From: an uncultured Chloroflexia bacterium
GTDB taxonomy: Bacteria; Chloroflexota; Limnocylindria; QHBO01
Direction of reading: 5' to 3'
Assembly: GCA_963720505.1 (NCBI GenBank)
Contig: CAVRFT010000006.1
Location: 451,781 to 515,780 of the forward strand
DNA length: 64,000 bases
The notes under the pieces are model-generated. The model saw only the letters and a list, made by a program, of their open reading frames with translations, searched no databases and was not told the DNA's origin. Below are positions 56,163-64,000 of this stretch, piece after piece. Every line of letters begins with the position of its first letter. The first letter of the stretch is position 1. The position numbers and the translations under genes were made by a program.

Positions 56163-57067
56163 GCCGATCCCTCCGCCGGTAGCCAGGCCGGCAGCTCGCG
56201 CCCCAGCATTTCTTCCAGCTCGCGGTTCGCACCCGCCATGTCCCGACGCAGGCGCTCGGCAGCCTCGCCCGTCAGCGCGTCGCGTGCGGCGGCCTCCGTG
56301 TTCAGGTTGACCGCGGAGCGGTAGAGCCGGCGCCGCATGCCCTGCGGGGCCACGCGGCGTGCCGCCTTGCGCAGCCACTCCGGCGGATCGTTGAGGGCTC
56401 GACGCAGCACCATGTTGCGCGAGCGCTTGCTGGCGTTCACCACCGCGAAGTCCGGCTGGTGGTCCGGATCGACGCCCAGGAAGGCCAGCGTGTCGCGGTA
56501 GGACCCCGCGGTATCGGCCCTGAAGTCGTCGTACACGATGACGTGCACCCGCTCACGGCCGAATCGGTCCAGGTAGCGCCCCAGCTGCGGGGCGTACGTC
56601 GCCACGCGCCGGTAGAGCAGGCCGCGTGGGAAGTTCGCGTGTTCCGGGATGCGGCGGCCCGCCGCGCGATCCTCCTCCGCGGCGAGCGCATCGGCCAGTC
56701 CGAGGTCTTCGTGGCCGTTGTAGACGAACTGGCTGTGCAGCGAGGGGATCATCTCGACCGGGTCTCGCAGCATGACGATGATCCGGGCGTCGGGCACCGC
56801 CTGGCCGATCTCGTCGGCGGCGCACTCCGAGTACAGGTACCAGACCGATGCCTCCCCGATGCGGCGCCGGTCGCCGGCGCCCGCGAAGTAGGACCGATAT
56901 TGCGCGTCGCTGGGGCGGCGCCGGTAGCGGAAGTCCAGGTCTGAGCCGAAGTAGTGCGGCTCCTTCGGATCGGACATGAACACGTCCGGGTGCTGGGACA
57001 GGTAGGCGTGCAGCGCGGTGGTGCCGCACTTTGGCGCTCCCACGATGAAGAAGTTGGGCAGCGTCAT
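56156..57067 (-). CDS. PAPS-dependent sulfotransferase (Sulfotransfer_1/3-like), ST1
   Basis: 303-aa ORF. The 5'-PSB loop is NFFIVGAPKCGTTALHAYL. The 3'-PB region is IIVMLRDPVEMIPSLHSQ. Confidence 0.85.
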   Translation of the reverse strand: MTLPNFFIVGAPKCGTTALHAYLSQHPDVFMSDPKEPHYFGSDLDFRYRRRPSDAQYRSYFAGAGDRRRIGEASVWYLYSECAADEIGQAVPDARIIVMLRDPVEMIPSLHSQFVYNGHEDLGLADALAAEEDRAAGRRIPEHANFPRGLLYRRVATYAPQLGRYLDRFGRERVHVIVYDDFRADTAGSYRDTLAFLGVDPDHQPDFAVVNASKRSRNMVLRRALNDPPEWLRKAARRVAPQGMRRRLYRSAVNLNTEAAARDALTGEAAERLRRDMAGANRELEEMLGRELPAWLPAEGSAQ

Positions 57068-57975
57068 GTGGGGGGCTCCTGCAGCCAGAAGCCGAGGTCG
57101 CGCCCGACCATGGCACTGAGCCGCTCGACCTCGGGACGGAGGTCCTCGACCAGGCTGGCGCGCAGTCCCGGGTCCATGGTCGCGCGTTCCTGGGGGCGAG
57201 CGTTCAGCCGCGTGGCGGTGCGGTAGATACCCTTGCGCGTGTTCTTGGGCAGGATGCGGCGGGCGGTGCCGCGCACCCAGCCGGGCGGGCTGGCCATCAG
57301 GCGCTGCGCCAGGCGGCTGCGGCTCGCCTTGGCCGGGTTCTTGACCTCCAGCCGCGGCCGGAAGGCCTCGTCCACGCCCAGGAAGCGGAAGGTCGCGGCC
57401 ACCGATGCGGCGGTATCGGCCTTGAAGTCGTCGAAGACGATGATGTGCATCCGCTCGCGGCCGAGCGCGGCGTCGTAGCGGACCAGCTGCTCCGAGTAAT
57501 TGACGGCCTCGCGATAGAGCAGGCCGCGGGGGTTGTTGATGGCCTTGGGGATGCGGCGGCCCTCGCGCCGGTCAGGCTCCGCGGCCAGCGCCTCGCCGAA
57601 GTCGGTGATCTCCTCCAGCCCCAGGAAGACGAGCTCCGAGTGCAGAGCCTGCATCACCTCCAGCGGGTTGCGCAGCATGACGATCGCCTGCGCCTCCGGC
57701 GCGAACGCGGCGATCTCCTGGGCGGCCAGCGTGGAGCGCAGGTAGCTGACCGATGCCTCGCCCACCCGCCCGCCGGCCGGCGCGGAGGCGAAGTTGGCCA
57801 GGTACTCGTCCAGCGTCATCCGCGAGGAGTGCCGTGATGGGCGGTCGCTGCCGAAGTAGTTCAGCTCCTTGATGGCGGGCATGAAGACCGCCGGATGCTG
57901 GCGCAGGTAGTCATGCATCGAGGTCGTGCCGGACTTGGCGGCGCCGACGATGAAGAAGTCCGGGCGACGCGTCAT
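57064..57975 (-). CDS. PAPS-dependent sulfotransferase (Sulfotransfer_1/3-like), ST2
   Basis: 303-aa ORF. It has DFFIVGAAKSGTTSMHDYL and IVMLRNPLEVMQALHSE. There is a 4-nt ATGA overlap with ST1. Confidence 0.85.
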   Translation of the reverse strand: MTRRPDFFIVGAAKSGTTSMHDYLRQHPAVFMPAIKELNYFGSDRPSRHSSRMTLDEYLANFASAPAGGRVGEASVSYLRSTLAAQEIAAFAPEAQAIVMLRNPLEVMQALHSELVFLGLEEITDFGEALAAEPDRREGRRIPKAINNPRGLLYREAVNYSEQLVRYDAALGRERMHIIVFDDFKADTAASVAATFRFLGVDEAFRPRLEVKNPAKASRSRLAQRLMASPPGWVRGTARRILPKNTRKGIYRTATRLNARPQERATMDPGLRASLVEDLRPEVERLSAMVGRDLGFWLQEPPT

Positions 57976-59141
57976 CGGCCCGATGCTACCCCGGCATCGC
58001 CGCGGCCGCCGTTGGGGCCGATCACCGCGTCGAGCAGGTCGGCGTACTGCCGGATGGCGGTCTCGGGGGCGAAGGCTTCCGAACGCTGTCGGGCGCCCTC
58101 GCGCAGGCGCGCCGCCAGGGCGGGATCGGTCAGGATGCGCAGGATGGCGTCGGCCAGCGCGACCGGGTCGCGGGTCGGCACCAGCAGGCCGCTGCGCTCC
58201 GGCTCGATGATCTCGTTCGGACCGAACTCGGAGTCGGTGGCGACCGCCGCCGCGCCGACGCGCATGGCCTCGACCAGCACGAAGGGAAATGCCTCCCAGT
58301 CGGAGGCGAGCACGAACGCGTCGGCCCGCCGCATGGCCGGGAAGGGGTTCGGCGCGTAGCCGGGCAGCTGGACCGCATCGCCCAGCCCCAGCTCGGTGAT
58401 GCGTGCCTCCAGGGCGGCGCGCTCCTCGCCCTCGCCCAGGATCAGCAGCCGCGCCGGCGCCTGCTCGCGCACGCGGCGCAGCGCCTCCAGCAGGACCGGA
58501 TATGCCTTCTGGGGCGTCAGGCGGCCGACGGCCACCAGGGTCGGGCCGGGACCCGCGAACCAGGCTGCCGGCGGCTCCTCCGCCGCCAGGCGGTCGACCT
58601 CCGGGTCGAACGGGTTGTAGATGGTCGTCATGCGGTCGGCGGGCAGGCCCAGCTCGCGGGCCATCGCGTCACGCAGGCCATTCGAGACCGGCACCACCGC
58701 GGCAGCGCGGCGATAGGCGCGGGCCGCCAGGCCCAGCTGCAGCCGCTTGCCGCCGCTGGCCCGCAGGGCGTCGGGTGTGACGTGCTCGGTGGCGATCACC
58801 GGCGTGCGGGTGCCGGCCATGCGGGCGGCGGCCACCAGCAGGAGGTTCTGGTAGGTCATGAAGCCGATGGCCGCCGCCGGCCGCCGGCCGCGCAGCTCTC
58901 CCACCAGGCGCCGCAGCGTGCGCGGCAGGTCGTAGCGGGACCGCTTGTCGAGTGATCGGATCGGCACCGCCGCGGGAAGCTCGCGCGCGAAGTCCGGGTT
59001 CTCGTCGCGGCGATGCAGCACCACGATCTCGACCGCGAAGCGCTCGGGGTCCAGGCCGCGCGCCAGGATGCTGACCAGCCGCTCCATGCCGCCCAGTCGA
59101 ATGGACGGCAGCAGGAACAGGACGCGCTGCGGCCCGCTCAC
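57972..59141 (-). CDS. GT4-family (GT-B) glycosyltransferase
   Basis: A GTG at 59141 gives VSGPQRVLFLLPSIRLGGMERLV. The C-terminus is LVAVGRLTPQKAYPVLLEAL...ASDWEAFPFVLVEAMRVGAAAVATD (EX7E region). There are 4-nt overlaps at both ends (GTGA with ST3, ATGA-type with ST2). Confidence 0.85.
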   Translation of the reverse strand: MSGPQRVLFLLPSIRLGGMERLVSILARGLDPERFAVEIVVLHRRDENPDFARELPAAVPIRSLDKRSRYDLPRTLRRLVGELRGRRPAAAIGFMTYQNLLLVAAARMAGTRTPVIATEHVTPDALRASGGKRLQLGLAARAYRRAAAVVPVSNGLRDAMARELGLPADRMTTIYNPFDPEVDRLAAEEPPAAWFAGPGPTLVAVGRLTPQKAYPVLLEALRRVREQAPARLLILGEGEERAALEARITELGLGDAVQLPGYAPNPFPAMRRADAFVLASDWEAFPFVLVEAMRVGAAAVATDSEFGPNEIIEPERSGLLVPTRDPVALADAILRILTDPALAARLREGARQRSEAFAPETAIRQYADLLDAVIGPNGGRGDAGVASGR

Positions 59142-60048
59142 GGATCGGCGCGCCAGGCCGCCAGCGACCGTCCCAGCAGCCGCTCGAGTCGGCTGACATC
59201 GGGCTCGAGCTCGGCACGCAGCCGGTCGCGCAGCCCGGCGGGCATGGCGGAGCGCTCCGGGTTGGCGGCGTTCAGGTCGACCGCGCGGCGGTAGGCGGCG
59301 CGCCGCGCGCCGGCCGGGACGAGGGTGCGGATGAGCACGGCGCAGGGCCGGCGGCGGATCGGCCAGGAACCGCCGCATGCCGGCCGACCGGGCGCGCTTG
59401 TTCGGGTTGGCGTGCGGGAAGGCGAGCTGCCGGCTGCGCCGACAGGCCAAGGAAACGGACCACGGCGGCGCCGGTGCCCTCCGGATCGGCGATCAGGTCG
59501 TCGAACAGCAGGACGTGGACCCGATCCGCTCCGAAGCGCTCGAGATAGCGCTCGACCTGCTCCGCGTAGCGGACCGTGGCCCGATAGCAGAGGCCGGCCG
59601 GAAAGTGGGCGTCGCCGGGTATGCGCCGGCCGGCGCATCGGTCCGGCTCCGCCTCCAGCGCTGCCGTGAAGTCGGCGATGTCCTCGTTGCCGTCGTAGAC
59701 GAACTCCGAATGCAGGGCGTACAGCGCCGCCACCGGGTCGCGCAGCGCGATCACGATCCGCGCATCCGGCCGCACCTCCGCGATCTCGCGCGCCGCCTCC
59801 CGGCTGTAGAGGTACCAGACGTACGCCAGGCCGCGGGTCGAGCCGGCCGGGGCTGAGCCATACAGCTCGGGCAGGTCGTCGGCGGTCCAGCGCCGCCGAT
59901 TGCGCACGTCCAGGTCCGAGCCGAAGAGCAGGAGCTCCTTCCGGTCGGGCAGGAAGACGTCCGGATGAGCGGCCAGGTATTCGTAGAGCGAGGTGGTGCC
60001 GGCCTTCGGTGCGCCGACGATGTAGAAGTCGGGCCAGGCGGCCGTCAT
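59138..60048 (-). CDS. PAPS-dependent sulfotransferase (Sulfotransfer_1/3-like), ST3; at least two apparent frameshifts (about 59450 and 59330)
   Basis: ORF 59272..60048 has DFYIVGAPKAGTTSLYEYL and IVIALRDPVAALYALHSE. The C-terminal third is spread over two other frames (FPHANPNKRARSAGMRRFLADPPP; LIRTLVPAGARRAAYRRAVDLNAANPERSAMPAGLRDRLRAELEPDVSRLERLLGRSL). It is collinear with ST1/ST2. Confidence 0.75.
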
Positions 60049-60151
60049 GCGCAGGCGATGCCGAGTTCGGGACGTCTCGTCACACTGGCTCCATGGCGAG
60101 GTGCTGGGCGGCGATTATAGGAAGGATGCCGATCCGCGAGCGGGAGAGCCG

Positions 60152-61177
60152 ATGTCGATAGCGCTGGTGATGACGGTCCGCGACGAGGTGGAGTTCCTGC
60201 GCCAGAACCTGCTCTACCACCGGTTTCTGGGCGCGGAGGCGGTGTACGTCTACGACGACGGCTCGACCGATGGCACTCCCGACAGCGTCGTCGACCTGCC
60301 GTTCGTGCGAGTCGCGCCCACCGTCTCGCCCGATGAACTGCCGCCGGAAGACCGCACCGACGCATCGGCGGATGAGCCGGAGCGCTACGTCACCTCTCGC
60401 CAGAACATGAACACCATCGATGCCATGCGCCGCGCCCGCGCCGATGGGATGACCTGGCTTTTGGCGATCGATGCGGATGAGCTGGCCACCGTCAGCCTGG
60501 ACGCCACCGCACCCGGCGCGCTGGCGGCGGCCTTCGATGGCGTCCCGGATGCCGTGGAGCAGGTGGTCCTGCGCCCACTCGAGATCGTCCAGCGGCGGGT
60601 CGACTTCGACGATGTGATGGCGCAGGAGACCCTCTTCAAGCGCGCCGACGTGGGGCTGGAGCACAAGACATTCGACCCGTTCACCAGCACCACCCACATG
60701 GTCCGGGGCGTCTACGGCCACACGCTCGGCAAGGGCGCGGCGCGCCTGTCGGCCGACCTGCGACCCGCCACGGTCCACCGCTTCCGGCGGCGGGGCGGGG
60801 CGCGGGCGAGATCAACCGACCTGGGCTGGCTGCTGCATTACTACTGCCACACCTTCGAGGCGTTCGTGCGCAAGTTCCGCCTCTTCCGCGATCACCCGGA
60901 CATCCACCTGCGCGGCCACGAGGTGCAGCTGCAAAAACGGCTATGGCGAGACGTGGTCAACCGCTCGGGGATGAGCGACGAGGAGCTGCGGGACTACTTC
61001 GAGCGCTGGGTGCAGTTCGACGATGAGGAGATCGCTCGGCTGCGCCACCGCCGTCGCTTCGGCGTCCTGCCACAGGCGCCGGCGATCGTGGAGGTGACCG
61101 CCGCGCGGGATGCGTTCGCGCAGATGCGCTCGGAAGCGCAAGGCGCTCAGGCGCCGGAGTCGGCCACGGGACGCTGA
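60152..61177 (+). CDS. GT-A fold glycosyltransferase (GT2 / GT92-like)
   Basis: The ATG at 60152 gives MSIALVMTVRDEVEFLRQNLLYHRFLGAEAVYVYDDGSTDGT. A DxD-like LAIDADE follows. It is divergent from the ST3 operon. Confidence 0.7.
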   Translation: MSIALVMTVRDEVEFLRQNLLYHRFLGAEAVYVYDDGSTDGTPDSVVDLPFVRVAPTVSPDELPPEDRTDASADEPERYVTSRQNMNTIDAMRRARADGMTWLLAIDADELATVSLDATAPGALAAAFDGVPDAVEQVVLRPLEIVQRRVDFDDVMAQETLFKRADVGLEHKTFDPFTSTTHMVRGVYGHTLGKGAARLSADLRPATVHRFRRRGGARARSTDLGWLLHYYCHTFEAFVRKFRLFRDHPDIHLRGHEVQLQKRLWRDVVNRSGMSDEELRDYFERWVQFDDEEIARLRHRRRFGVLPQAPAIVEVTAARDAFAQMRSEAQGAQAPESATGR

Positions 61178-61917
61178 GGTCGCTTGGCGACATAGTCGGC
61201 GAAGCGGAAGTACTTCCAGTAGATGCCGCGGTAGAAGCGAGCGATCCGCATCGCCACCCGCGACCAGGCTGGCGTCCGCACGCGGCCCCACTCCTCCGGG
61301 AAGGCGTAGTCCCAGTCGTCCATGTACGGTCCGAAGACCCACACCGCGCGCTTGACCGCCTCGGGCGTGTAGTAGCTGACGAAGTCGCGCTCCCGTCCCG
61401 GCGTCTTGTTGACCACGGGCAAGGGCCGCTTGGGCTCCAGCCCGATCCGCCGCAGCGCCTCCTCGAAGTCCTCGGGCAGGTGCTCGAAGCGCAGCACCAT
61501 GTCGATGCTGCCATGGTCGAGGCTGGTCCAGGTGTCGTACGGCACCACGTACCAACGCTTCAGGAACTGCTCGAAGGTGGCGTCGGTGCGCTGGATCCAC
61601 GAGTAGATGCGCCGCTCGATCTTGCTGGCCAGCGAATTCCGAACCTTGACCGACCACGTATCGGTGAAATGGTCCTTCACGTTGCCCTTGAGGTGGACGT
61701 AGCGGGTGACCGCCACGTCGAGCGGGTTGCGGATGCCGGAAAAGACGAAGTAGGTCTTCTCATCCTCGGTCGCCTGCCGCAGGAAGTCGCGGTACGTGGC
61801 GTGCTTGCGCAGGATGTGCTCCCCGCCGTACATCTCCTGCAGCTCCTTGCGCACGGCCGATGAGCCGGTGCGCGGAACCTCGACGTACACGTACCGGTGC
61901 TCGTGGTTGATGATCAT
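61147..61917 (-). CDS. Sulfotransfer_2-family (carbohydrate sulfotransferase-type) protein, ST4
   Basis: The ATG at 61917 gives MIINHEHRYVYVEVPRTGSSAVRKEL (5'-PSB-like). FVFSGIRNPLDVAVTRY is 3'-PB-like. It lies in the same open frame as the C-terminus of the upstream GT4 (ORF 61147..62274 has no intervening stop). Confidence 0.8.
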   Translation of the reverse strand: MIINHEHRYVYVEVPRTGSSAVRKELQEMYGGEHILRKHATYRDFLRQATEDEKTYFVFSGIRNPLDVAVTRYVHLKGNVKDHFTDTWSVKVRNSLASKIERRIYSWIQRTDATFEQFLKRWYVVPYDTWTSLDHGSIDMVLRFEHLPEDFEEALRRIGLEPKRPLPVVNKTPGRERDFVSYYTPEAVKRAVWVFGPYMDDWDYAFPEEWGRVRTPAWSRVAMRIARFYRGIYWKYFRFADYVAKRPQRPVADSGA

Positions 61918-63178
61918 GCGGCTGCAGATTAGCCGATCGTCTGGTTCGGCTCCGCTGGCGGGCAGCTGGGCCGCCATCTCGCGGTTCGCGTCGTACACGC
62001 CACCCAGTACCCGATCGGCCAGGAACGGTTCCGCCGCGCGTACCGCGTCGTCGCGGAGGCCTGCCGCCGGACGGCTGAGCACCGCATGGATGGCGGCGGC
62101 GACGGCCTCAGGCGTCCGGCCGGCGGCGACCTGGCCGGCGCCCGTCTCGCGCCACGACCGACGCAACCTCGCCGACATCGGTGGTGACCACCGGCAGGCC
62201 GGAGGCCAATGCCTCCAGGCCGACGGTCGGGCCGGTCTCGAAGGCGGAGGTGATGAGCAGCGCGTCGGCGGCATGCATCAGGCGCGCGACCTCCTCGCGC
62301 GGCACCGTGCCCAGGAGCGTGGCCGCAGATTCGAGCCCCACGGTCGCCAGTTCCGCGCGCGTCGCCGCCTCCAGGCCGCCCTCGCCCGCGATCATCAGGT
62401 GCGCGGCCGGACGGGTGGCGCGCAGCGCGGCGAAGGCACGCACCAGCAGCAGCGGATCCTTCTGGCCCTCGAGGCGGCCGGCGAAGAGCAACAGCGGCGC
62501 GTCGGGCGCCAGGCCGATCTCGGGCGGCGAGCCGCGTCGCGCTCCGCCTGCCGGGCCGCGGCATCGGCGCCGCGGAAGATGGCGGGGTCGACCCAGTTCG
62601 GCAGGAATCGGAATCGGTCGGCGACTTCGGCGAATCGCGCGCGATAGTCGGCGGTGACCTTGCGATTGACGACGTAGATGCGCTCCATGCGCCGGAAGCT
62701 GCGACGCTCGCTCATGGCCAGGCTGCGCGGAGACACGCGCCCATCGGCTTTCGCTGCCCTCGGTGGCCAGGTCCTCGACGCCCAGGTGCACCACCCGCCA
62801 CATCGGTCCGGACTGCCGGATGGGAAGGTCGGTCAGCGGGCGATGGAATGAGCTGACCACCCCGGCACCCAGGCTCCGCCCACGACGGGCCAGGGCAGCC
62901 ACGTAGCGCGCGGCGATCGGCACGCGCCCGCGCGTGTCGCCGGCGCGGACGACCGGCATGAACCTCATGGCGCGCCCCTCGAGCTCAATCTCGTGCCAGG
63001 TCCACAGCGGCAGCGACGCCGACACGCCCACCATGGAGAGGGCGAAATCGTCCGGTGCGTACTTCACGAAGCCGCGCACGAAGGTGGCGATGCCCCCGAT
63101 CCGCATCTGGCCGGGATCCGCCGGCAGGAAGATGCGGACGGGGACGGGTTGGCCAGCCGCCGTCAGGGCGGCGCTCAC
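61918..63178 (-). CDS. GT4-family (GT-B) glycosyltransferase; at least three apparent frameshifts; 3' end possibly fused to ST4
   Basis: A GTG at 63178 overlaps the upstream stop as GTGA. Fragments in different frames are VRIFLPADPGQMRIGGIATFVRGF; ERIYVVNRKVTADYRARFAEVADRFRFLPNWVDPAIF; LLLFAGRLEGQKDPLLLVRAF...ITSAFETGPTVGLEALASGLPVVTTDVGE; and ETGAGQVAAGRTPEAVAAAIHAVL. Confidence 0.7.
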
Positions 63179-64000
63179 GGATCGGCTTGGCGAGGCTGCC
63201 GCCAGGCGATGGACGCCACGATGCCGATGACCAGCATGACCAGGTAGACGCGCGACGGCGAGTGGAACATGGAGCTGGCCGCGGACTCGACCAGCGCCTG
63301 CGCGAAGACCATGCCCGCCGCCAGGCGCAGGATGCGCAGGTCTGGTTCGCCTTCCCTGCCGTTCTCCCGCCACAGCATCCAGCCCAGCGCCGCGATGAAG
63401 GCCGCATAGCCGATCAGGCCGATGACGCCCAGCTCGCCCAGGATCTGCGGCCAGAACGTGTCGGTGGCCGCCGTGGCAACTTCGGGCGGGGGCTGCAGGC
63501 CGCGGATGTGGCTCGCGTCGTAGGTCACGTACAGCGGGCTGTAGTGCTCGCGACTCATCCAGCTGCCCCACCGGCCCAGGCCGCCACCCAGCGGGAAGTC
63601 GTCGACGGCGATCTCGAACGAGCCGCGGTACAGGGCGAACCGGGCGCGCTCGTTCTCGCCCTCGCCGACCGGTTCCTCGATCGGCGTCTCACCGGGTGAC
63701 AGGGTGGGCTCGGCGCCGTTCTCGAGAGTAGCGACCCAGGAACGAGTCGTACAGCCCCGTCAGCAGCGACAGGAAGACGAGGAACAGCACCACCCCGCTG
63801 ATCGCGGCCGGGATCCAGGTGCGCCAGTACGCGCGCCAGCTCTCGAACATGGCTGCGCGACGCCACCGCGGCCGCCAGCGCCCCGGCGGCCAGCGCCAGG
63901 ATCGCCCGGCGGCGGGCGGACAGGAACGGGCCGATCGCCGCGAACACGGAGAGCAGCCAGCCAGCGCAGCTGGCGCGTGACGACGTAGCGCGCCAGCAGC
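63175..64000 (-). CDS. O-antigen ligase / Wzy-like polymerase family membrane protein (5' end beyond window; frameshifted)
   Basis: ORF 63175..63558 contains TDTFWPQILGELGVIGLIGYAAFIAALGWML, the family's conserved C-terminal region. Upstream frames give FALYRGSFEIAVDDFPLGGGLGRWGSWMS and TM-like WLLSVFAAIGPFLSARRRAILALAAGALAAAV. Confidence 0.65.

Noticed and set aside
54390-56378. 662-aa minus-strand ORF
   Set aside because: It is antisense shadow of the beta-helix gene and ST1 and is Arg/Gly/Ala-rich without domains. The same reasoning applies to 22818..24359, 25850..27277, 27512..28444, 43339..44886, 45651..46733 and 51018..52709.

Overview
Very GC-rich bacterial chromosomal segment: third codon positions are almost always G/C, RBSs are GGAGG-type, and all six frames carry long 'shadow' ORFs. 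The phylum cannot be fixed from sequence alone; the style fits Actinobacteria or Chloroflexota. I support about 60 genes and one tRNA-Pro(CGG). No CRISPR array, transposase, integrase or rRNA is present.

Gene content, left to right:
- Metal module: arginase-family ureohydrolase, Fur-family regulator, and a divergent NiCoT nickel/cobalt transporter.
- Small regulators (ArsR, HxlR) and two paralogous membrane class III adenylate cyclases.
- HtrA-like protease followed by a zf-UBP protein.
- Pantothenate operon (DUF2520-panC-panB), a Sir2/GNAT pair, and CorA.
- Hemerythrin, a GlsB-family stress protein and a cold-shock protein.
- Sensor-less KdpD-like kinase with KdpE, followed by two tandem large APC-superfamily permeases.
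- NCS1 permease convergent with a PuuE-like deacetylase and an agmatinase-like gene.
- ChrA, an aromatic-type FAD monooxygenase, an MBL-fold hydrolase and SerA.

The most interesting region is 43.4-64 kb. It is a glycan-assembly island containing:
- a priming phosphoglycosyl transferase;
- two GT4 glycosyltransferases and one GT2-like glycosyltransferase;
- two tandem GT39/ArnT-like GT-C enzymes;
- a GtrA domain fused to a P-loop HprK-like domain;
- a secreted beta-helix protein and a Wzy/O-antigen-ligase-like protein;
- four sulfotransferases from two families;
- its own sulfate-activation and recycling set (SLC13 permease, Sat, CysC, NrnA-type PAP phosphatase).
I read this as a candidate locus for a multiply sulfated polysaccharide.

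Caveat: by manual translation, roughly 25-30 single-base frameshifts interrupt otherwise clear genes. They are clustered, not uniform, so many coordinates below are whole-gene spans joined across frames. All functional calls come from motif and family recognition by eye. No searches were run.
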